Source: the human T2T-CHM13v2.0 reference genome, Homo sapiens
Strand: one strand, 5' to 3'
DNA: 64,000 nt
Assembly: GCF_009914755.1 (NCBI RefSeq)
Contig: NC_060937.1
Shown: positions 26,620 through 40,517 of the stretch, piece after piece
Numbering within the stretch: position 1 is the first letter of the stretch
Layout of the letters: each line of letters starts with the position of its first letter
Notes under the pieces: model-generated
Told to the model about the DNA's origin: nothing
Seen by the model: the letters and a program-made list of their open reading frames with translations, nothing else
Databases searched by the model: none
Program-made: the position numbers and the translations under genes

Positions 26620-27895
26620 GAAAGCTGATAAATTAGAAAATATGATGAATGTTGTTAGAAGTCTAATTCTTAATGACATAACCTATGAATAAAAAACAAC
26701 CCCAAATAAATACAAAATGCAAATAGAAATTGTATGAGGGAGTTTGGAGGAAAAACAATAAAATAATTTTTAAGTTCACATGACATTTTTTCATGAAGTA
26801 GGTTCTACGAATGACCCTCCTGTTATAATATGGCACATGTAATTTAATCATGGATAAGCTAAAACACAAACTTGTTTCAAAAATAAAAGACAAATTTGAA
26901 CATAGTACAATATCTTATTAAATAAGTTAAATTTGTAGTTAAAAAAATAAAAACTTCCCACAAATAAATTTTACTCCCATATGGTTTCACTAGTGAAATC
27001 TACCAAACATTTAATGAAAAACAACCAATTCTATAAAAAATCTCAGAATATTGAAATATAAGAATACTTGCCAAATCATTTTCTGAATATATTATTTTGA
27101 TATCAAAATTTTAAAAATATGAGAATTATGAATGAGGAAAATGGAAATATATATATATATACACACACACTAAGAAAACTTCAGATCAATATTTCTCATA
27201 AACATGGATAAAAAATCCTAAGCAACATTTTATCAACTTGAATGGAATAATATATAAAAAGGATATTACATCATGAACAAGTGGATTTTATGTTCAATAT
27301 GCACAGATATTCTTGTTTTGACTTAACAGTCAAAATTCAATCAATGTAATTCACCATGTTAAACTAAAAAAGAAAAGCTGAATTAATCAACTCGATTTAA
27401 TATATAGAGAAAAATCAAAATCCATTCCCTAGAAATATGCTGAGCAAAATAGATATATGAGAAAACTTCCATAACCTTAACCTGACAAAGGGCACGTACC
27501 ACTAAAAAATAATTAAAAAAAAGAGCCTAGAACTAACCATTACCCTTAAATGTGAGAGACTAAAAGATTTCCTCCAAGATCAGGAAAAAGGCAAGAATGT
27601 CTACTTTTACCTACATTATTCATCATTGTGTTGGAAGTTCTAGCCAGTGCCACCAGGCAAGAAAAATAAATAAAATGTTTACAAATTGGAAAAGAACAAA
27701 ATCAGAGTACCTTTATTCACACATAGATAATTATCTATGCAGAAAATGTGATTAAATCTGCAAAAAATTACTAGGACTAATGATTGAGTTCAGCATGGTA
27801 GCAGGATACAAGATCAATAACCACAATCAATTGTGTGACTTTATACTTGTAATGAGCAATGGGAAATTGAAATGGTAAAAAGTCCTATTACCACA
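26620..27895 (+). mobile_element. Old L1M ORF2 (RT region) fossil
   Basis: atggtttcactagtgaaatctaccaaacatttaa; aaaattcaatcaatgtaattcacca; aagatcaggaa...ggcaagaatgtct; ggaagttctagccagtgc; gcaggatacaagatcaata. Confidence 0.85.
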
Positions 27896-27949
27896 AGACA
27901 GTTTATGTTCCCAACAACCAATTGTTCCTCCAGAATCATCACTTAAAAA

Positions 27950-28391
27950 AAAAATCTGGCTGCCCCTTGATTTCAGCCTCGTGTGACCTTAGATAGAACC
28001 CACCACCAGACTTCATTTGAGATCCAGTTGAGTCAACCTGCACTTTTCACCTAGGCAACAATGAAATGATACATACATGGTGATTCTGTTATTTATTTAT
28101 GTATTTATTTTTATTTTTTTATTTATTTGAGACAGGGTCTCACTCTGTCACCCATGCTGAAGTGCACTGGCACAATCATGGGTCAATGTAGCCTGAAAAT
28201 CCTGGGCTCAAGGAATCCTCCCACTTCAACCTTCTAAGTAGCTGGAACCATAGGCACATACCACCATGCCCAGCTAATTTTTATATTTTTTGTAGAGACA
28301 GGGTCTCACTATATTGTCTGGGCTGGTATTGAAGTTGTTTTAAGACAGAAAATTTGTGGTATTTTTATGGCAGCAATAGACGACTAATACA
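27950..28391 (+). mobile_element. MLT1 LTR 3' part, split by an Alu
   Basis: ccttgatttcagcc...; resumes gttgttttaag...tttgtggtatttttatggcagcaataga..actaataca. Confidence 0.7.
28089..28333 (-). mobile_element. AluJ, 5'-truncated
   Basis: (TTTA)n tail, gagacagggtctcactctgtcaccc, cctgggctcaag. Confidence 0.9.
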
Positions 28392-28402
28392 TCCTATATT
28401 TG

Positions 28403-29188
28403 TTTTTATTTAAGTGGACTTTTGGGTCTTTTTAAATTTTAAGTTCTGGGGTACATGTGCAGGACATTCAGGTTTGTTACATAGGTAAATATGTGTCATG
28501 TTGGTTTGCTGCACCTGTCAACCCATCTCCTAGGTATTAAGCCCAGCATGAATTAGCTATTTTTCCTAATGGTCTTCCTCCCCCTACCCCACCACCTGAC
28601 AGGCCCCAGTGTGTGTTGGTCCCCTCCCTGAGTTCATGTGTTCTCACTGTTAAGCTCCCACTTATAAGTGAGAACATGCATTGTTTGGTTTTCTGTTCCT
28701 GCATTAGTTTGCTGAGGATAATGGCTTCCAGATCCATCCGTGTCTCTGCAAAGGACATGATCTCATTCCTTTTTATGGCTGCATAGTATTCCATTGTGTG
28801 TGTGTACCACATTTTCTTTATCCAGTCTATCATTGATGGGCATTTCGGTTGATTCCATGTCTTTGCTATTGTGAATAGTGCTGCAATGAACATACTCATG
28901 CATGCTTCTTTGTAATAGAATTATTTATAATCTTTGGGTATATACCCAGTAATGGGATTGCTGGGTCAAATGGTATTTCTGGCTCTAGATCTTTGAGGAA
29001 TTGCTACACTGTCTTCCACAGTGGTTGAACTAATTTACACTCCCATCAACAGAGTAAAAGTGTTTCTATTTCTTCACAACCTCACCAGCATCTGTGATTT
29101 CTTGACTTTTTAGTAACTGCCATTCTGACTGGTGTGAGATGGTAACTCATTGTGGTTTTGACTTGCATTTCTCTAAAGATCAGTGAAC
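28403..29188 (-). mobile_element. 5'-truncated L1PA (PA8-10-like) with TSD
   Basis: ORF 28537..28899 is the L1 ORF2 C-terminus (MFIAALFTIAKTWNQPKCPS); TSD acatcctatatttg (28389-28402) / acattctatatttg (29189-29202). Confidence 0.93.
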
Positions 29189-29189
29189 A

Positions 29190-29850
29190 CATTCTATATT
29201 TGATAAAGGACTTGTGTCCAGAAGAATACTTAAAATACTACTAAGAAAACAAATGACCCAGTAAAATATGGGGAAAATATTTGAATGTATATTTTACCAA
29301 AGAGATGTTGATAGAAAACAAGCACATGAAAAGATACTCACGATTACTAGTTCTTAGGGATATATGGATAAAGCCAGATGAGACACTATGACACAACCAT
29401 TAAAATATCCAATATTAAACAGATTGACCGTATCAAGCATTTGCAAGAAAGTGGAGGAACTGCATTTTGTACACTGATTGCAGGGATATAAAGGATAAAA
29501 CCACTTGGAAAAGAGCTTCATAGTTCTTAATAAGTAAGTCATACATTGACAATATGATGCAACCATGCCACTCCTAGCTCTTTCCATGAGAAAATTGAAA
29601 GCATGTTTCCATACAAAGACTTGTACACAAATATTCATCACAGATTTATTTCTAATACCTAAAGTCTGGAAATAATCCAAATGTTCACAAACACATGAAA
29701 AGATTAACAAACTGTTATGACAGTAATAGAAAACTAAAAAACTATAATGAACAGGACTTGCATCCAGAATATACAGGCTATTAAAAGGATAATGAAAGCA
29801 TAAATTAAATGAAGTGAGAGTATAGACAAACCATATATAATTAGATAAGA
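29190..29850 (+). mobile_element. Old L1M ORF2 3' region (continuation of the 26.6-27.9 kb element)
   Basis: tttgataaaggacttgtgtccagaa; aagcacatgaaaagatactca; aaccacttggaaaa; aagacttgtacacaaatattcat. Confidence 0.82.
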
Positions 29851-30894
29851 TACAAATATAGATATAGATAAAAATAAGCTGGAATGCATTACTGGAGAGC
29901 AAGGGGATCAAAATTATAAATCACTGTTGAGTCATGGAGTGTCAAATGACAACATTTAAGGTATTTCTTATAAGATTTTCAGAAGAAGACAAAATAAAAA
30001 TTTAGAGAGGAGCTGATGAAAGAAAGAAATCCACAGATCCAGGAGGCAAGATAAATAGCAAACAACATTAGTAACAAAAGTAATAAAATTAGTTACTTTT
30101 TTAGATTTCAGAACTATTAGATATCTTTGCTTTCATAAATGGAGTGTTTTTGATTGTGTTATTATGCTTCCTTATTTATATATGGTACAGAGAACACCTA
30201 CATATAGAAAGAGACAAATAGAAATCAAGCATGTTTATAAATAGAAATTAGTATCGGTCAAGATCGATCTTAAGATCAAATGTGAGTCAAATATCCCTGA
30301 CTTTCTACTGCACATTTTCCTTTCATTTTACAGTACTACAAGGCACATAGTCTACTGAAACAATATTTCTATGAAAAATTAATGAATGAACTAAACTCTA
30401 AGTAGAAATAAAAATGTATTGGCCAAACAGATAACTTAGAAAGAACGCAAAACAATAAAATAAATTCTCTATAAGATATATTTAATCTCTGCCTGCCTCT
30501 GTCATATTCACATTCTATTCGACCAATATAATGTTGGGGCTCTTTCACATCAGTGAGGGTTGTCTGTCTGTGTCTGGTACACAGTAGGCAGATGTGATTT
30601 CATACTTCGCCTGGGTACTATAGACCTAATTCTTACTATTTATGGCTAGTCCCTAGGAAGACTTTATGTTCTGACTCCTTGTTGCTATATTCTAGACTCA
30701 CTCAAAAATGTATGGATGGACAAAGACAGAGATGTGTGGATGTGTGTCTCTGGGGAAGTTCCATGGGCAAAACTGTTTCAAGGAACTGCTGTGACTCTGA
30801 TCTGTTTACTACCTCTCTTGTGGCAGAAATGGCAGACATTTAAAATTTCCACTTGCACATTTTTTCAAATTAAGGCTTCAGAGAAATGTGTAGT

Positions 30895-30914
30895 TGTGTG
30901 TGTGTGTGTGTGTG
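30895..30914. repeat. (TG)n microsatellite
   Basis: Direct reading. Confidence 0.8.
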
Positions 30915-31324
30915 GTGTTATCATGGTGTGTATCTCCCCATTGTTTAATAGAAACACTAAGATACTAAGTATGCACAATTTTGGGAAATACAAGGATGTC
31001 ATCAGAATTTTGCAGATTACTATTAGTTTCTGTTTTCTTCTTGAATAGTACACATTATCTCAGGATACAATGTAAAAGTTTGCCCTATGAAGTTCCAGAA
31101 AAAAATAGTGAGGTTTATCAAATCCATCTGTTCCCATGAGAAGGAAACATTACACATGGCCAATATTTTCTAGCTCCAAAGAACACTTTACCAGTTCTTT
31201 AGCTCTCATTGCAGTTGACTTTTTAAAAATTAATCAGTCTTCATAAGTTAGTGTTTCCCTTCCCTTGATTTTCTCATCCTTTTAGAATTTATGTTTCAAT
31301 ATGTGTTATTTTTATATGAATTTA

Positions 31325-31440
31325 ACAGAGAAAAGAAACAACAATAATGAGAAAGATGGAAGAGGAACAACAGCATAAGAAGGAGGGGAGGCAGGAAGGA
31401 GGGCAGAGAAGAAAAAGAGGAAGAAGAGCAAGAAAAATGA
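31325..31440. repeat. GA-rich low-complexity tract
   Basis: Direct reading. Confidence 0.7.
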
Positions 31441-31739
31441 ATGACGAACGAATTTACAGGAAGAGACAACTTAGAGAGTAGAGACATTGTTGGGATTTTC
31501 AAATTAATCCAGAATCTTAAATCAGGCTGGAATGTTAGGCACAGACACACAGAGAGTTGGGTTTTTAGCGGTTCCGATTCTTTGGTTTCTTTATTATATC
31601 ATCATTTGCAGTATTTTCTGAGAGCAGTAGATTTTCTCTTCCAGTCTCATCTTATTGAAAATTCTTTGTAAATATAATCTATTCTCACTTGTTCACTTTC
31701 TGGTGTATCTTCTAATTTGAAATTTGACTTTCGTTCTCA

Positions 31740-32840
31740 GCGTGCTACTAAAACTCCTTTTTAAAATTTTCCCTCTTACTTGTTGAATCCAACAGCTTTT
31801 TCATTTGTTTTCAGCTCTCCAACTTTTTTTAAACTTGATTGTAAAGCTTAGATCCTTTGGTTTTTACAGTAGCACTCTGCTGACTTTATTGCCATTTCCT
31901 TCAAGCTAGTTCCCGGGCTCTTTTGCCAGCCCCTTCAAGGCATTCACAAAGTTTTGTCCTCAGTCTTCTACTAGTCCCATTTGTCACAGCAACTTTACCA
32001 TCCCACATATTTACATAGTTCAAACCACCACATTTATGCTGAAGACAACAAGCCTCTGTTTCCAGGCTCAAGCAGCTCATGTGAGTTTCTGAATCATGCA
32101 CTCAACTGCCTGCTGAACACAGCCATTTTTATGTTCCGTGTACAGCTCAAGTTTCACAAGTCAAAAAACAAACTCATCCTCTCCTTGAGTAAACCTGCAC
32201 CTCTTTTCTATACCTCTTATATCTAGTCAAGACCCTGGAGAATAATCCTGCAGGCATTTATCTTCTTACCTCTTTTACCAAATCATTCTTGAAACTTTAT
32301 GTTACTTCCCAAGTTTTACCAAATTGACTCTTACTCTCTACTCCCATTTGTGATAGCTGCAGCTCATTCTCTGTCTTATTTATGTGCTACTGTTATAGAG
32401 TGCTGAATGACATCCTGCATTTGTTCTCTAATCTACCATTTGCACATATACTCAAGATTTATGTAAACTATAAAGCTCACTGCACTACCTACCTATATAA
32501 ACATTCCACATGCTCTCATAATTAAGAAAAACACAGTTTAAACTTCTCAAAATGGTATATGGTGTCTGGAATTGTCTTCCTTTCTAGCAATCTTACTTCT
32601 TGTCAATCTTTCCTTTGGGATTCAAGCTGTAACATCCCAGTCTGTTTATGATGCTCTTGATCACAAAATTCTATTTCCACATGTAGACCATCTCCCATGC
32701 TCTACCTTCCCCTTGAGAATTCCTTTTCCTCTAGGATTCCAATTTTTATTTTTAAAATAAATGACTAAAGAAGGTCTCTCCTTATTGCTGGAGACCGCGG
32801 CAGGGGTCCCGCCTCTGTGCTGCCATTATGTTGGACCCAT
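31740..32840 (+). mobile_element. L2 LINE fossil including the RT catalytic region
   Basis: ORF 31981..32226 contains HHIYAED, a degenerate L2 YHLYADD; followed by caactgcctgctgaaca...ctcaagttt...aaactcatc typical of L2. Confidence 0.75.
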
Positions 32841-33579
32841 TACTGCTGTTAAAACATCGTCATATAATTATGCACCTGTGCCTGCCGAAGGCTGAGAGCT
32901 TGCACATAAAGAAAGCTGGAAAGTGTTACTCCTACCCTTACAACAAAAAAAACACAAGACACATCTTAAGTCAGCAACTTTCCATAAAACCATCAGAGAA
33001 TGAAGTTCTAAGGGTAATCAACTGTCCCAAAATCTGGAGACACACAGACTGCTGCAGGATCTGAGTATTTGTTTACCTGAGATAGATGCCCCTCAATGCC
33101 ATTTAATCTGGTAAGAAAATTCAGCTAGAAATTTAGAATGCCTTGGTAAAGGCCAAGTACGATCCAGTGAGAGAGTATAGGGAAGTCTGCACCCTTTGGC
33201 ACGTTTCTATATCAGGCACTCACCGGGAAGATGGGGAAGAATCATGAAAAACTCACCTTTTATTGTGCTGGGTTGGGGAAATAGCAGTGTCTGCCTTAAT
33301 CTGTCCATACTTATTACTTTATTGGCCTATGAAAAATAAATCAAAACAACAATCTGCAGAAGGACAACAAAAGGAAATAAAAAATAAAAACAACACAAAA
33401 AAACCTGCACCATAAGAGCATAGATTGTTAAATCACTCAATTTATTGTTTAAAAATTGAATGCAGAAAACTGTGAGTATGCATTCCAAATTTTATGTCTA
33501 CCAGAGCCACATGATCTTAAAATGCAAAGGAATTGGAATCCAAAGACTGAAACTTCAATTTAATCATAATTAGCTATAT

Positions 33580-33722
33580 GATACACAAAGAAAGAATAAA
33601 TGTTTGAGGTGATAGATGTGTTAATTACCCTGATTTGATCATTATCATACACATGTATCAGAATATCACTCTATACCCCATACATACATACAATTAATAC
33701 ATATCAATTAAAAATAAACATT
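33580..33722 (+). mobile_element. L1MA 3' end
   Basis: ataaatgtttgaggtgatagatgtgttaattaccctgatttgatcatta...tcactctatacccca. Confidence 0.85.
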
Positions 33723-34169
33723 AAAATGATAATTATTATCTGCATATATTTTTTTAGTTACTGCATCACCAAAACTTGCCTTGACTATGAAGCTATGTTA
33801 AATTTGTAGGTGGTTGAACAAATTTCATTATTTTGAATATTTATAGCATAAATGAAGCACTAATTTTCCCCTGGGGAACTGACCCTACTAGGAGAAACTG
33901 TTGGCTAAGCAATATATCCAAATCTGTCTCTTTCTTTCTTTCCACTCTTGATTTAGCACAAGAAAGCCGATTTCTGGTTTAGTGTTGCCCTGCCATGGGA
34001 GGTTACCAAAGGATGTCTAGGGTATTCAACACATCTAGGAAACTACTCAAAGTTGGCGGTCTCACCTGAAACCGCTTTGATTTTTGCAATCTAAATTGTG
34101 TGCCATAACTGATGGCGAGTTAAATTATGAAAGCAGAAAGAAACAACTAACCACACATTTTCTATTAGG

Positions 34170-34360
34170 ATGGTTAAGTAGTAGAATGACTTCAGAACTA
34201 CCCACCTCTGGGTTCCAAACCTGAGTCTGCTTTGATTAAGTCTGCAAGGCTTGCAAAAATAATTAACTTTTCTGAAATTCATTCTCCTCAATTGTGAACG
34301 GGGAAAGTAATACTTACATGAAGAATTACGGCGAGAATTAAATATCATTATATTAGCCAA
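34170..34360 (+). mobile_element. MIR remnant
   Basis: tctgggttccaaacctgagtctgct...ttaacttttctgaa...tcctcaattgtgaacgggga. Confidence 0.6.
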
Positions 34361-35211
34361 CTTCTGGTTTCACCTGTATGTTCCACAAAAATAACCTACT
34401 GCTACTATTGTTATGACTAGAGTTTTAACATTTTTAATAAATAAAAATAGATTTATGTTTTTATATTTTATTTGACTAAGTGAATTCTCTACTTCAAATA
34501 CCTAGAAGTAGATACTAAGAAAATTTGTATTATGAATATTATTTTTCTCGAATTTGCTCTAGTCTTTAATTTAGAAGTGGAAACATACCTGTTTTGACTA
34601 GGGCAACCTTGTCTTGGGTAGTACAGGTAAAATAGTTCACAATTCATCAAATGCTGAAGCCCATTAACAGTTCTTTCAAAGAATGACTGTCTAAACTTGC
34701 AAACGTGCTGATGCAAGAGTTGATGTGCTTATAATGGACTTGCAGTACATGACATTTTATCAGGCATTCAAAGAGCTAAATTTAGAGCAGCAGCTAGCAT
34801 AATGGTTCCATAGAGTCAAATAAAATCAGTACTCTGATAGCAACCTGTAAAATTCAAAGACATTTGCAATGTTAATGCATTTGATTTATTTATCTTTTTC
34901 CATTCAGCATCATTGTAAGTTTTAAATGGTCAATGTTTAGCATTACATTTCTGGAAAGAAAATGAATCCCTGTCATATACTAAATTTAAAATAAAAAGCT
35001 TGTACCTGGTGTCTAGAATTGACCATGTTGGCATTCATTATGGATGAATCAAATGTAATAGACAGACCATTTTCTTTGTCATTTAATTCACTTGAGATGG
35101 AGACATTTTTAGATGTGTTTGTATAAGTGAAATTCAGAACCTCATAAATAAGCTCCTGCAAGAACAAGGTAACACGTGGGATAAATACACTATACTTTTA
35201 GTCTTACCTCA

Positions 35212-35244
35212 TATACACACATACACACACACACACACACACAC
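35212..35244. repeat. (CA)n microsatellite
   Basis: Direct reading. Confidence 0.9.
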
Positions 35245-36201
35245 CCCATACCCCTCAATTAATCACTGAGAGAGTACCATACAAAAAATAATAGGAGACA
35301 GTTGTATAAAATGAGCATGCAAGTGATATTCCTACCTCTTCAAATTTTCTTCCGCGCATATGGAATTTTTTGCTCATCGCTTTCTTCCTGTTGTCTTTGT
35401 ATACTCTCCCCGTTCTTACCCTTCCTGAATATTCCACAATTTGCAAGACTTGCAAAGGAATAGGTATGCATTATAATCATTTTAATATTAGCCATTACTT
35501 GCCTTTCTTGTATTTCTGTATATGCATAACCACTGTATTTAAGTGCTCAAACTTTGTACCTATAGCATCCTTAAGTACACCACTGTAAAAACATTTTTTT
35601 TAAATCTAGTTGTTGAATACATAAGTTAGCAAAGGGCAAAAGCCAAATTTAGAAAACATTCTCAGTCTGCAGTTTTTTTTTTTCAACCCAGGAGAACATA
35701 AAACTGGTTACGTATGACATGCGAAGACGTAAACTTTTTTTTTGTTAAATACTAAAAATAAAACAAAACACGAAAACTATAACTCTTATACTGAGGATAA
35801 AAATGAATTAGTAAATATTTCGCATGGTCTTCATTTAACAGCATCGTTCATTTTTCCTGTGAAAATCGAGGGGTTCCTGTCTGGCCTTTCGAGGTGTTTA
35901 GTGGGATCTGATTTGCAGAGAACTCAGGTGATATTGTTCAGCAGTAGCTTTGATAGAATTAACTTTTCTCAAAGCCTTTAATTTACCTGTATAAAAGTTA
36001 AGGAAACTAAATCTATAATAATTTAGAATTACGTATGATTAGCAGTAAAAAATACACACAAAAACAGGTTATTGAGGCTTTCCCTAAAATTTTCTTTTGA
36101 CTAATGAATCCAAATTTTGAGCTTCTCTCTCTATGTATGTGTATATGTCCAAATATAAATAGCATGAAAGAGAAACATGCAATATGCTCTACATATATTT
36201 T

Positions 36202-36255
36202 ACACACACACACACACACACATATATAGCTTTGACATACATATACACACACACA
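36202..36255. repeat. Interrupted (CA)n microsatellite
   Basis: Direct reading. Confidence 0.85.
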
Positions 36256-37739
36256 GACTTTGATTGTAAATAAACCTAGTGCAGAATATCAATATCTCAA
36301 AGATATTTGGATAGATATAAGTATTTACTAATGTAATGTTACATAATTTTAAACTCCCTAACTGTAAGCATATTATATATTATGACCAGAGTATAACAAT
36401 ATTATTAACATTTAATTGAATCTTAACAGTTAAAAATGCATCAGATATTATGCTTTCAAATCATTCTCCCCAAAAAGATAAAGTGAAATTTTTTTATGAA
36501 TTTCTATACCTTCTGATTATCTAGGCCATGCTAGAACTATTTCCTAAATACATTAATGTTTATGGTGGTAACACATTAATTGAGCACATTTAATCAAAGT
36601 GCTATGTGTTACATCCTATTTGCCAGAATTATGTTACATTTCCATCTCAGAAACTTTCGCTACAAATAGGACTAGGACACCACCAATTTCTTCAAGTCCA
36701 TCAGAATTTCTCTCTGTAGATTAGAATAGGCTGAACTTTCCCAGCATTACAGAGGTGGACACAAAGTTCAGAGAGAAAGGAGCAATAATTATCAGCAAAG
36801 CAATCAACAGTGTCTGCTACAACATGTATATATTGAAATATGATTTACATGCATTAATATAATATTCTTTACTCATTAACAATGATGAAGAATGTTTGTG
36901 GAAATAGAAATAATGACATTATATGGTTAAATGACAAAATTCTGATTTTAAAATGATCTGTATTATGATCTTGTTGATTCTCATTTGCAAGCCAGATTGT
37001 ATAGTTAGATGACAGAGACAGGTGACAGATAGATTTTTAAATAAATAGATAGATAATATATATTGATAGTGTGTGGATGGGATCCATAGATAGATGATGG
37101 AAGAGAAGAATATATAAAAATATGCACAAGTTCACATTGCAGTTGTATTATAGTGATTTGTAAGTCTTTTTTTGCTTCTCTGCATTTTATATTTCCTTTT
37201 AAGAGCAAATATATGACTTGTACCATGTCAAAAGAATCATGCAACTTTCATTCAATTATTACAGCACATTACTTTTTTCACTTATATAATTAGTATATCC
37301 TTTCAACACCTTGTGAAAAAAAATTGTTTCATTCACAGTAAAGGGACAAGATATCACTCTTTAGATTCTGTTCTTCACGGGGAACTGATACATTGAGGTG
37401 AATGTAACATATGTGAAGACAGGGTTTTTGGTGACATCTTCAGTTTGTTTGCAAATACTAAACTATTGGCAAAACTAAGCAATCTTTGAACAAGAGTGAC
37501 ATCAGGCAATGCTTAAAATGTAAATATTTAATTTCTTTTTAAAAACTCTCATCTTGTTCTTTTATTATAAAAATGTGTGACTTTGGAAAAAGTAATTAAA
37601 TTAATCGAACACTCTTTATACTAATTTTGTACAGTTTAGGGACTGTTAGACAAATAAGCATTTTAAATTTAAAAGAACATAAGAGTTCAGAGGAGAAACT
37701 GAAGTTTGAACACTAGGAAAAATAATAAATCATCTATTA

Positions 37740-38157
<418 letters not shown>

Positions 38158-39907
38158 AAAATACAAAGTTCCATTTTCTTTCACTTTTGATCATGCAGTG
38201 ATTGTTGCACCTAAAGGACCCAGGTGAGGTTCCTGCTGAGTGTTTTAGCGAAGATTAGATGACAAATTCAGTGAAGTGAATTGAAAAAAGATATGTACAC
38301 CACAACTGTGGATTTAAACTCCTATTTATTTTCTTTTTTCAGCTCACATACTTTTTGATTGTTGCTTTCAGATGGAATTATAATTAAAGCATTTGAAAGT
38401 CAGTGCTATTGAAATAAATATAAAATATTATCCACTGTATGAGTTGAAGAAGTTGCCTCAATTTTACAGTAATTTTACCTAACTCAGATATGAAATACAA
38501 AAAAAAAAAAAAAGCTGACATTAGGAAGAGGAAAATAGGCCCCAATTCCTGAGAATAATTTGCATACATACATAATCTAAATAATTAAAAGCACATAGGT
38601 GCTAGAGCTGGTATTAAAAATAAGCTTAAAGACAGTGAAAGATGGGCAAATTCAATTTGAGGACATTATAAGTAAAATGTTAGGACTGAATTGGACAGAA
38701 GAATGATCATTGGCTTATAGAGTGAATCTGAAAGAAAATCTTTATGTGTGATGTTTTCATATGCATGTTATGACTGAAGTTGGATGGTATTAGGAATGAC
38801 TGATACCATTGAAATACCACATCTGGTAGCATCATTCAGACCATTATAAATCTGCCTAGTAGAAAGATAGAATAACATTGCAAGAATGTAAACTGACTTT
38901 TTTCACACCATATGTTATGTCTTTAAGTTAAGCAATGATAACATCGATTATAGACTTAATCTGTTATTTATTTATCCAGAGTAATATTGTTTCAAACTCA
39001 CTGCAAGATAATAAGTTGAGAATACATCAATATATTAAAGCAACATAATTTCTATTGGGCAACTCATATAAAATGAGAATTAAATAATAAGTAACAAAAA
39101 CCTGTCATGTAGCAACAGCCAACAAACAACAGAAGATTTCTCTAAACCAGGGATCTTTAAGTTGGTGTCCATAAATCAAAGGGCATTTTCAAAGACATTT
39201 GTTGGAGCACAGGGAGAAAATATTACACATTCTATACATGTCATGAAAGAATAGTTACTAATATATAATATATGAATTGGTAATAATAGATGTATAATAT
39301 TTATATCCAAATATATAAATATTTCTTAAATTTTTATTGACAGGTAGTTCAGGATAAAGTTGTTTTGAGTCTATTTCTTTAATAAATGGTAAAGGTTATA
39401 AGGTTAATATTTCAGTGAGTAATCGGTCTTCAAGTTCTTTCAATAATGCCCATTCACCTTTTTGATTCACAGTCATATGTCCTCCACTGCCATTTTTATG
39501 AGCAGAATATGGTTGCAGGAATATTGCAGAACACATGTTAGGAAAAAGCCTTTCTTTGGTCACTAAAATATCTACAAAGATATATCTGTCCACAATTACA
39601 AACATACAAAGAAACAAACAAACAAACAAAACCAAACAACAACAACAAAACAAAACCTAGAGAGCTAGGATAATAAAACTTAAGGACAACAATTATTTAC
39701 AATATAAAGCATTTCAATACAATAATAAAATGTTTTGCAAAAGAACTGATGTGGCGGTGCTTAGTACATAGCATATGCAATCAATTTCCTTCCTTCTCTT
39801 GTGCATTCACATCTATAATTCTCATTGAAAGAGCACAGGGAGCAGGATATGTGAGGTGACCAAGCCTGTGAGGAATGGTTGAACAGCTTGGGACAAAGAA
39901 GACATCA

Positions 39908-40279
39908 TTGTGGAAGTCAGTGTGGCGATTCCTCAGGGATCTAGAACTAGAAATACCATTTGACCCAGCCATCCCATTACTGGGTATATACCCAAATGAG
40001 TATAAATCATGCTGCTATAAAGACACATGCACACGTATGTTTATTGCGGCACTATTCACAATAGCAAAGACTTGGAACCAACCCAAATGTCCAACAATGA
40101 TAGACTGGATTAAGAAAATGTGGCACATATACACCATGGAATACTATGCAGCCATAAAAAATGATGAGTTCATATCCTTTGTAGGGACATGGATGAAATT
40201 GGAAACCATCATTCTCAGTAAACTATCGCAAGAACAAAAAACCAAACACTGCATATTCTCACTCATAGGTGGGAATTGA
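39908..40279 (+). pseudogene. L1 ORF2p C-terminal fragment (open frame)
   Basis: LWKSVWRFLRDLELEIPFDPAIPLLGIYP...KTKHCIFSLIGGN* matches the ORF2p C-terminus. Confidence 0.93.
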
Positions 40280-40486
40280 ACAATGAGATCACATGGACAC
40301 AGGAAGGGGAATATCACACTCTGGGGACTGTGGTGGGGTTGGGGGAGGGGGGAGGGATAGCATTGGGAGATATACCTAATGCTAGATGACACATTAGTGG
40401 GTGCAGCGCACCAGCATGGCACATGTATACATATGTAACTAACCTGCACAATGTGCACATGTACCCTAAAACTTAGAGTATAATTA

Positions 40487-40510
<24 letters not shown>
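39908..40510 (+). mobile_element. L1HS Ta-1, 5'-truncated (~580 bp plus poly-A)
   Basis: Ta diagnostic ACA in gatgacACAttagtgg and G in acttaGagtataat; Ta-1 T/G in cccaaaTgaGtataaa; 25-nt pure A-tail; 13-bp TSD AAAGAAGACATCA at 39895-39907 and 40508-40520. Confidence 0.96.

Positions 40511-40517
<7 letters not shown>

Noticed and set aside
29354-29911. Longest ORF in the window (185 aa)
   Set aside because: Antisense to a degraded L1M; hydrophobic F/L/Y bias reflects T-richness
32788-32825. Short GC/CpG-rich patch gaccgcggcaggggtcccgcc
   Set aside because: Under 40 bp and lies in the L2 3' region (cctctgtgct motif); not a CpG island
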